Shown: positions 56,985 to 64,000 of the stretch, in pieces
Position numbering within the stretch: position 1 is the stretch's first letter
Layout: the number at the start of each line of letters is the position of its first letter
From: an uncultured Muribaculaceae bacterium
GTDB lineage: Bacteria > Bacillota_I > Bacilli_A > RF39 > UBA660
Length of the DNA: 64,000 nt
Direction: 5' to 3'
Assembly (NCBI GenBank): GCA_964530845.1
Contig: CAZHBS010000003.1
Location: forward strand, 6,280-70,279
Position numbers and translations under genes: made by a program
The notes under the pieces: generated by a model
What the model was told of the DNA's origin: nothing
The model's database searches: none
The model's input: only the letters and a program-made list of their open reading frames with translations

Positions 56985-58358
56985 ATGAATTATAAAAAAG
57001 ATATTAATAAAAATATATTTAGAGGATATGATATAAGGGGAATAGTGCCAACAGAAATTGATGAGGACACAGCCTACACAATTGGTTTAGGTTTTGGTAG
57101 CCACATTAAAAATATTGGTAAAACAAAATGTATTGTAGGACATGATAATAGATTAAGTAATAAAATGTTATATAATGCCTTAATCGAAGGAATAACAGAA
57201 ACAGGGATAGATGTTATAAGACTTGGATTATGTACAACACCAATGTATTATTATGCTTGTATAAAACTAGAAATATATAGTGGTGTAATGGTAACTGCAT
57301 CTCATAATCCAAAAGATGATAATGGTTTTAAATTTGCTTTTGATGAAAATGGAAACTGTAAAGGACAAGAAATTCAAGATTTCTTAGACTTTATATTAAA
57401 AGGTAAATTTGAAACAGGAAAAGGTCAAATAGAAGACTATGATATAACAAATGACTATATTGAATTATTTAAAAGTAACTTTAAATTCGGTCCAAGAAGA
57501 GTAAAAGCAGTAATAGATCCAGGAAATGGAACAACAGGAATAATTGCAAGAAAGATATATGAACAATTTCCAATAGATTTAGAATTTATAAATGAAGAAA
57601 GTGATGGGAATTTTCCAAATCATCATCCAGATCCATGTGTTGAGAAAAATCTTGAAGGCTTAAAAGCAAAGGTAAAAGAAGTAAAAGCAGATGTTGGTCT
57701 TGGCTTTGATGGTGATGGTGATCGAATGGGAATGGTTTCTGAAAACTCAAACTTTATCCCAACAGACAAATACATGATTATCATTGTTAGAGATATAATA
57801 GATAAAGTAGAAAACAAAAAATTCTTATGTGATGTTAAATGTTCAAAGAGTTTTACTGATGAAGTAGAACGACTTGGCGGTGAAGCAATAGTCTATAGGA
57901 CAGGAAATTCATACACAAAAGCTAAAGTAAAAGAAGATAATCTTCCATTTGGAGGAGAACTATCAGGGCATGTATACTTTAGAGATAGATGGCCAGGATT
58001 TGACAGTGGACTATATGCCGGTCTAAGACTATTAGAAATATTATCAAATACAGATAAATCAGTAGAAGAATTATTATCAGGAATAAATGAATACTATGCA
58101 ACAGAAGAAATAAAGTTTCCATCAGCAGATAATGTTAAATTTGGAGTAATTGATGAAATATCAGAATTGGTAAGACAAAAAGGCTATAAGTATACAGATA
58201 TTGATGGTATAAAAGTATTATTTGATGATGGATGGGCACTTGTAAGAGCAAGTAATACAGGACCAAATATAACTGCAAGATTTGAAGCTAGTACTAAAGA
58301 AAGACTAGAAGAATTAGAAAAAGAATATACAGGATTAATTAATAAGTTAAATAGTTAA
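56985..58358 (+). CDS. Phosphomannomutase/phosphoglucomutase
   Basis: FRGYDIRG, active-site TASHNPKDDNGFK, metal loop GFDGDGDR, sugar loop GGELSGH. Confidence 0.88.
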   Translation: MNYKKDINKNIFRGYDIRGIVPTEIDEDTAYTIGLGFGSHIKNIGKTKCIVGHDNRLSNKMLYNALIEGITETGIDVIRLGLCTTPMYYYACIKLEIYSGVMVTASHNPKDDNGFKFAFDENGNCKGQEIQDFLDFILKGKFETGKGQIEDYDITNDYIELFKSNFKFGPRRVKAVIDPGNGTTGIIARKIYEQFPIDLEFINEESDGNFPNHHPDPCVEKNLEGLKAKVKEVKADVGLGFDGDGDRMGMVSENSNFIPTDKYMIIIVRDIIDKVENKKFLCDVKCSKSFTDEVERLGGEAIVYRTGNSYTKAKVKEDNLPFGGELSGHVYFRDRWPGFDSGLYAGLRLLEILSNTDKSVEELLSGINEYYATEEIKFPSADNVKFGVIDEISELVRQKGYKYTDIDGIKVLFDDGWALVRASNTGPNITARFEASTKERLEELEKEYTGLINKLNS

Positions 58359-58491
58359 TGTAAACAATATAATTATGAGTATAAATATATTAAATTACTT
58401 TGATTATTTATAGAATTAATGATATATTTAAAATAAGCAAGGTACAAAACTATGCTATAAAAGTTTATTAAGTAGAAAGGTGGTGGATTTG

Positions 58492-58776
58492 ATGTCAGTA
58501 AGTCAAGATGGTGATAAACTACTAAAAGTAGCCGAAGACATTAGAAAAAATGGTGATGAATTCAACCAAGTAATTAACCAAATATATGAAGATTTAGAGA
58601 AATATTTAGGAAGTGAATATGACCCTAACAAAGCTTGGTGGGGACCTAAATCAGAAATATTCCTACAAAATGCTAGAAATAAAAGAGAGAACTTTGAAAG
58701 AGCAAGAGATAATATAAACGCTATGGCTCAAAATCTAGAAGAACAAGTAAATGAATGGAATAATTTTGAAGCATAA
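58492..58776 (+). CDS. WXG100 (ESAT-6-like) family protein, candidate
   Basis: 94 aa predicted helical hairpin with a central AWWGPKSEIF motif. GGTGG RBS before the ATG at 58492. Confidence 0.55.
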   Translation: MSVSQDGDKLLKVAEDIRKNGDEFNQVINQIYEDLEKYLGSEYDPNKAWWGPKSEIFLQNARNKRENFERARDNINAMAQNLEEQVNEWNNFEA

Positions 58777-58796
58777 ATTAATAAGGAGGAGTAAAA

Positions 58797-59108
58797 ATGG
58801 CTGTTAAATCAGGAATGGTATATTCTAAAGTACAAGCTTTAGTTGATGACCTAACACAACATTTAATTACAATTAATACTATATTTGAAACAGAATTAGT
58901 TGGTGGAAGAGTTCAAGAGATCTCTGAATGCTACGATGGACAAGCTGCAGAAATATTTAAATCAAGTTTAACCAACTTTTCAAGACAAGTAGTTACAGAT
59001 CTTCAAGATATAATAAATAAATTAAATATTGAAGTTCAAACACAACAAGAAGCTTATAATAAGCAAGAGAAAAAGTTAGTAGAAAACATTCCAGTACAAC
59101 AACAATAA
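58797..59108 (+). CDS. WXG100-like protein (W replaced by Y), candidate
   Basis: 103 aa. The central YDGQAAEIFKSSLTNF parallels the staphylococcal EsxA motif WEGQAFSRFEEQF as I recall it. AGGAGGAG RBS. Confidence 0.55.
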   Translation: MAVKSGMVYSKVQALVDDLTQHLITINTIFETELVGGRVQEISECYDGQAAEIFKSSLTNFSRQVVTDLQDIINKLNIEVQTQQEAYNKQEKKLVENIPVQQQ

Positions 59109-59110
59109 CA

Positions 59111-59134
59111 AAAGAGTTTAAAAACTCTTTTTTT
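59111..59134 (+). terminator. Rho-independent terminator
   Basis: Stem aagagtt / aactctt followed by a T7 run. Confidence 0.6.
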
Positions 59135-59218
59135 GTCAAATTAATGTCATAATAAAATGACTTTATTGTTTGAAAAAGAATGATATGATATATTTTCATA
59201 TAGTTAGGAGATGTATGT

Positions 59219-61246
59219 ATGCCTATTACAAAAGAAGAATTTCAAAAAGAAGAAAAAATACTAAAAAAAGTAACAAAACTATTAACAAATACTTTAGAAA
59301 CTCTTGGTGAAGGAGTAATCCAAGATGAATCTAATTTAAAAGAATTTAAAAAGATGATGTGGGAAGATGCCAGTAGTTTTGATGATGCAGAAAGAGTTCA
59401 AGTAATGTATGCAACAGCTCAAGAAGCAGAAAAAGCCTATCAAAAAGAAAAGTATTTCAAAAGACTTTGTATGATAAAAAATAAACCATATTTTGCAAGT
59501 ATTGTCTTTAAAGACGATGAAGGGGAAATATTTAATATTTATATGGCGCTAACTTATTTAAAGGATGACGCGACAAATAACATATTATATGACTGGAGAA
59601 GTCCAATCTGCAGTTTATTCTATGATTATGAAATTGGAGAATGTTCATATGATGCTCCAGGCGGAAAAGTATTTGGAGAATTAAAAAGAAAAAGACAATA
59701 TAAAATAGAGAATAATAAACTTGTAGGTGTATTTGATAACTCATTAAATATTGATGATGAAGTATTACAAGAAGTTCTTGCTCAAGAGTCAAGCGAAAAA
59801 ATGCAAAATGTAGTTAATACAATTCAACAAGAACAAAATAGAGTAATTAGAAATCTAGAAGATAATAATTTAATTGTCCAAGGAATTGCCGGGTCTGGAA
59901 AAACAACAGTTGCTCTTCATAGAATTGCCTTTTTACTTTATAGATTACAAAATTTAAATAGTAATAATATTTTAATATTTTCCCCAAACAATGTCTTTAC
60001 AGAATATATTTCTGAAGTACTTCCATCATTGGGAGAAGATAACACTCTTCAAACAACTTTTGCAGATTATATGATGACATTTCTAACAGAATACGATGAA
60101 GTAGAAAACTATACTGATTTTGTCTCAAGATATTATTCATATACAGAAAAAAGTCCTGAGATAGTTGAATATAAACAAAGTGATAAAATAATTGACGACT
60201 TAGATGCTTTCTTAGAAAACTATATTGATAATTGTAAATTCACAAGTGATATAAGAGAAGAAAAGAATCTTATTCTAAAATCAGATTTAAATGAAATGCT
60301 TCATGATAGATATCAAAAATTACCTTTATTTGAAAGATTAGATGAAATGGCTGAAAAGTTAAGTTCAAATAACTGTAAAGGAAGTAATAAGAAAGTAAAG
60401 ACTTATCTAAAATTATTTGAAGAAAATTTAAATATTAAAAAAGACTACAAAAAAGTATTTATAGAGTTTTTCCAAAGCGAGTTTTGTCGAATAAAAATAG
60501 ATGAAAAAACTATAAAAGGATATGTAAATGGTAAAACAATTCATTATGAAGATGCCCTTATAATGGCATATATTAAAGGAACACTTGAAGGATTTATATA
60601 TGAATCAACAATTAAACAAGTAGTAATAGATGAAGCTCAAGATTACAATAGACTACAATATATAATTATAAATAACATCTTTAAAAAAGCAGATTTTACA
60701 ATACTAGGAGATATTAATCAAAATATAAATCCTTATTATAAATATAATTCTTTAGAAGACTTAAAAGATTTATTCAGAGGAGAAACAAAATATATTGAAT
60801 TATTGAAAACATATCGTTCTTCCCCTGAAATAATAGACTATACTAATAAAATATTAAATTTAAAACATGTAAATGCCATAAGAAAAGAAAACAATAAACC
60901 AGTAATTTTAAGAAAAGGTGTAGAAAATCTAAAAGAAAGACTATTAGAAGACATAAATAAATTAAAATCAGAATATAAATCAGTTGCGATAATAACAAAA
61001 GGCGATGAGGAAGCAGAAATGATTTATGATTTATTAAAAGATGATATAAATATTTCATTAGTAGGAATCTATTCTAAGAAATTTAAAAAAGATTTAATTA
61101 TCATACCTGCCTATGTTTCAAAAGGATTAGAGTTTGATAGTGTTATAATTTACAATGACAGAAATAACACATATAGAAAGAATGAAAAGAATCTTTTGTA
61201 TGTAGCCTGTACAAGATGTCAACATGAATTGTATATCTATAACTAA
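59219..61246 (+). CDS. helD: HelD-type UvrD-like helicase (RNA polymerase recycling ATPase family)
   Basis: Walker A GIAGSGKTTVALHRIAFLLY, DEAQDY, and C-terminal LYVACTRCQHELYIY. Confidence 0.85.
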   Translation: MPITKEEFQKEEKILKKVTKLLTNTLETLGEGVIQDESNLKEFKKMMWEDASSFDDAERVQVMYATAQEAEKAYQKEKYFKRLCMIKNKPYFASIVFKDDEGEIFNIYMALTYLKDDATNNILYDWRSPICSLFYDYEIGECSYDAPGGKVFGELKRKRQYKIENNKLVGVFDNSLNIDDEVLQEVLAQESSEKMQNVVNTIQQEQNRVIRNLEDNNLIVQGIAGSGKTTVALHRIAFLLYRLQNLNSNNILIFSPNNVFTEYISEVLPSLGEDNTLQTTFADYMMTFLTEYDEVENYTDFVSRYYSYTEKSPEIVEYKQSDKIIDDLDAFLENYIDNCKFTSDIREEKNLILKSDLNEMLHDRYQKLPLFERLDEMAEKLSSNNCKGSNKKVKTYLKLFEENLNIKKDYKKVFIEFFQSEFCRIKIDEKTIKGYVNGKTIHYEDALIMAYIKGTLEGFIYESTIKQVVIDEAQDYNRLQYIIINNIFKKADFTILGDINQNINPYYKYNSLEDLKDLFRGETKYIELLKTYRSSPEIIDYTNKILNLKHVNAIRKENNKPVILRKGVENLKERLLEDINKLKSEYKSVAIITKGDEEAEMIYDLLKDDINISLVGIYSKKFKKDLIIIPAYVSKGLEFDSVIIYNDRNNTYRKNEKNLLYVACTRCQHELYIYN

Positions 61247-61307
61247 TAAAAACTTGAGAAAATAAGAAAAATATGGTATAATATCCGTACTAATTGGGGG
61301 GATTGGT

Positions 61308-62666
61308 ATGAGATACAAAGATTTATATAGAAGCATTAAAAATCCATTAACAGAAGAGACTTTAAATGAAATACTTGATGGTTATTGTGAAAAAGGCACA
61401 ATCTATAATACTTTAATAAAAACAGATTTATCTAAGAAAGTAACTAAAAAATATTATGTTGCCGCAAGAGATAGACTTAAAGTATATTTCTTTAATGAAT
61501 GGAAAAGAAGTATTCATTATGCAATAGTAAATAATAGAGTTAAACCAGAATGGGAAAGAAGATTTAGAAAATTAGATGCTTATTTACAAATAAAAAATCC
61601 AACTACTGCTAAAGAAGTAAGAGAAACTTTATATCCAATCAATTTAGCTGATAAAGAATTAGAGGATGCCTTAGAAAAAATATCTTGGGAAAGCATTGGA
61701 GAATACTCATCATGGGATCATATTGATTCAAGTGCAGTCTATGCAGGACTTCATAAAAGAAAAAGTATTGAACATAGACTATATGTTAACTGTGATTCAC
61801 TTGCTATAGACATAATTGCTTATGAACTTGCAAAAAGATGTAAAAATAAAAAGTTAAGATACTACTTCAAGTATGATATAGATGCATCTCGTGCCGATAC
61901 TTTAGTATTATATTGTGCAACAGAAGATATTCTAAAATTCAGAAGAATATTAAATAGTATTATTAAAGAAAACAAATTAGAAAATGCTATTCATAAACCT
62001 CCAATCTTAACAGGAGTAATTGATGGATGGATTGGTTATGGAACAGAACCTGAAGATATTGATGGAGAAAGACAATCATTTAATTCAAAAAGAGAAAAAC
62101 ATTTAGAATCATGTATCAAAAAGTCTACTGCTATGTGGATTAGAAATAATTTAGGATTTAAAATAAAATTAAATGGCAATATCACAACATATGGACAATA
62201 TTTCTTAGCTCACATGACAGCCTCAATTAAAGAAAGAATGTTAAGATATGTATCAAGTAACCCTAACGAAGTAGGACCATATGGTTATAGTAAAAACGAT
62301 ATATTATCTCGTGAATTTGACCAAGTAATAAAAGCAACAATAAAAAATAATTTTGGTAAAATAATGGCATATTTAAAAGGTGAGATAAAAACACTAGATC
62401 TAACTATTAAAATACGTGGAAAAATTGTTTACCTTCCAAGAGTAGCAGTAGAAGATTCAATTAAGAATCAAACAAAGACAATTAGAAAAATTTCTGAAAA
62501 ATACACTCCAAATCTAATGAAAATGATTAAACAGACATCTGCATATTGGGGTATATCAGAACAAAACTATGCATTCGATATAAAAGGATTAGAACGTTTT
62601 GCCATAGAAGATTATGTAGAAAATGCATCAAAAGAACAAACTCCAACTCAAGTAAAGAAGAAATAA
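61308..62666 (+). CDS. Hypothetical protein (452 aa)
   Basis: It has its own promoter (TTGAGA, 17-nt spacer, TGgTATAAT) and a GGGGGG RBS. No motif I can name with confidence. Confidence 0.6.
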   Translation: MRYKDLYRSIKNPLTEETLNEILDGYCEKGTIYNTLIKTDLSKKVTKKYYVAARDRLKVYFFNEWKRSIHYAIVNNRVKPEWERRFRKLDAYLQIKNPTTAKEVRETLYPINLADKELEDALEKISWESIGEYSSWDHIDSSAVYAGLHKRKSIEHRLYVNCDSLAIDIIAYELAKRCKNKKLRYYFKYDIDASRADTLVLYCATEDILKFRRILNSIIKENKLENAIHKPPILTGVIDGWIGYGTEPEDIDGERQSFNSKREKHLESCIKKSTAMWIRNNLGFKIKLNGNITTYGQYFLAHMTASIKERMLRYVSSNPNEVGPYGYSKNDILSREFDQVIKATIKNNFGKIMAYLKGEIKTLDLTIKIRGKIVYLPRVAVEDSIKNQTKTIRKISEKYTPNLMKMIKQTSAYWGISEQNYAFDIKGLERFAIEDYVENASKEQTPTQVKKK

Positions 62667-62679
62667 TTTATTTCTTCTT

Positions 62680-63963
62680 TTATTTTAAATAATAATTCAC
62701 CTTTCTCCATAATAAATAAATATTAATAAATATATTAGTAATAATAGAAAAGATAAAAGAGTAGATTCCTACTTTAAATAAAGAGTAAATTGCTAAAGAA
62801 ATTATCTTAGTTAAAGAACTTATAATAGATAAACATAATATATCTTGAGTTTTACCCATTGCTTGTAAAGCCATCATAAGAGGAGCTTGTAAATAATATA
62901 AAATGAAAAAAGGAATAAGAATCTTTAAATAATTAAACCCAATAGAACTTTTATAAAGAAAATAAAGTAATTTATCTCCAATCGAATAATATAAAAAAGT
63001 TATAACAAGACCAAAAATACTAATTGTAAGAATTATAAACATTAGTATTTTTTTAATTTTAGTAAAGTTTCCAATATTATAATTCTTTGTAATAGTTGAA
63101 AGTATTGCTTGTGAAACAGAAGAAGTAAAAAAAGTAGGTAAATAAATAAGAGGTAGAACATATCCAGTAATAATACCGTAATTTAAACTTATGTATTTAG
63201 AAGTATATCCAACAAATATAAGAAGATTAGTTAAAATGATAGGTTCTAAAAAATAACTAATATTTCCAACAAGATTACTAAGAAGATTATAAATAGAAGT
63301 TTTAAATACATTATATGTAGATTTAATGCTAAAAATCATATTACTATAATTAATATTTCTAGGGATAAATAACAATAAAATAATAGTCGATGCAATCTCA
63401 CTAAATATATTACAAACGATAAGTAAGAAAACAATATATTCTAAATCTAAATGTAAAAATCTAGGAATAACAAATATAATAAATAATAGTCTAGTAACAT
63501 TTTCAAATATATTTGAAAGAATAGAAGGAAACATCTTTTCTTTACCAATAAAATAACTTCTACATAGACTTGATAAACTAGTAAAAGGAAGAACTAATCC
63601 CACTGCAATCAAACTATATTTTAATGAGGGATTATGTAAAAGATTAGCACTAATAAAACCCGAACATAAAAATAATATCATCATCAGAAATAAGTTAAAT
63701 AAAAGACAAATAGGTATAACTGAAAAATATAAATTTAAATTATTTTTATCGTCTAACGCAACAATTCTAGAAAGGGAAATGGGAAGACCTAACTGTCCAA
63801 TTGACATAAATAATGAAAAAGTAGGTAAAACCATCATATAGTAAGAAATCCCTTTAATACCAACAATTCTGCTCATAACGATCTTAATAATCATTCCAAG
63901 TAATTTAGTAATAATCCCACCAAATAAAAGAATTAAAGAAGATTTAATAATTTTCTGTTTCAT
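62680..63963 (-). CDS. MOP-superfamily flippase (SpoVB/MurJ/Wzx-like polysaccharide or lipid II flippase)
   Basis: About 12 or more TM segments. N-terminal KSSLILLFGGIITKLLGMIIKIVMSRIVG is typical of the family. The ATG at 63963 (MKQKII) is favoured over the ORF-track start at 63999. Confidence 0.8.
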   Translation of the reverse strand: MKQKIIKSSLILLFGGIITKLLGMIIKIVMSRIVGIKGISYYMMVLPTFSLFMSIGQLGLPISLSRIVALDDKNNLNLYFSVIPICLLFNLFLMMILFLCSGFISANLLHNPSLKYSLIAVGLVLPFTSLSSLCRSYFIGKEKMFPSILSNIFENVTRLLFIIFVIPRFLHLDLEYIVFLLIVCNIFSEIASTIILLLFIPRNINYSNMIFSIKSTYNVFKTSIYNLLSNLVGNISYFLEPIILTNLLIFVGYTSKYISLNYGIITGYVLPLIYLPTFFTSSVSQAILSTITKNYNIGNFTKIKKILMFIILTISIFGLVITFLYYSIGDKLLYFLYKSSIGFNYLKILIPFFILYYLQAPLMMALQAMGKTQDILCLSIISSLTKIISLAIYSLFKVGIYSFIFSIITNIFINIYLLWRKVNYYLK

Positions 63964-64000
63964 AATAAAACATATGAAATTATTAAAAAAATATATCAAA

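Overview
This is an AT-rich, gene-dense chromosomal segment with about 60 CDS and 2 tRNAs. Gene order and protein signatures fit a low-GC Bacillota-type bacterium, possibly Erysipelotrichales- or Clostridia-like, but the taxon cannot be proven from the sequence alone. Most of the window is core housekeeping: trkA-trkH, uppP, a Prs-like kinase, class I fda, a Y-family polymerase with a YolD-like partner, murD, tRNA-Met, tRNA-Gln next to a long GluRS, a Wzz/BY-kinase pair, pyrH, rplU-prp-rpmA-obg, yebC, ruvA/ruvB, queA, tgt, pilC/pilD-like genes, dnaB-like, a CBS-type family II pyrophosphatase, a type IV pilin-like gene, PMM/PGM, HelD and a MOP flippase. Two very large surface proteins are also present: a 1416-aa dockerin-tagged papain-like protease and a 1277-aa CAP plus Ig-repeat protein. 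I found no CRISPR array, transposase, integrase, prophage or recognisable defence island, so I cannot point to one clear novel system. The candidates most worth a second look are listed here. (1) A PP-loop protein translationally coupled to an atypical MurD may be a MurL/MurD2-type route. (2) The dockerin-tagged protease is coupled to a membrane-anchored Ig/cadherin-like protein. (3) A ClpX paralog keeps the GYVG and IGF loops but has a novel N-terminal domain. (4) A Gre-factor paralog has two C-terminal domains and, together with an 898-aa unknown protein, splits queA from tgt. (5) A small acidic ORF is nested in ruvA-ruvB by ATGA overlaps. (6) A pair of WXG100-like genes has no secretion machinery in view. 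(7) A shared SOS-box-like palindrome sits upstream of the polymerase and ruvA. All functional calls come from motif recognition by eye, since no database searches were possible.
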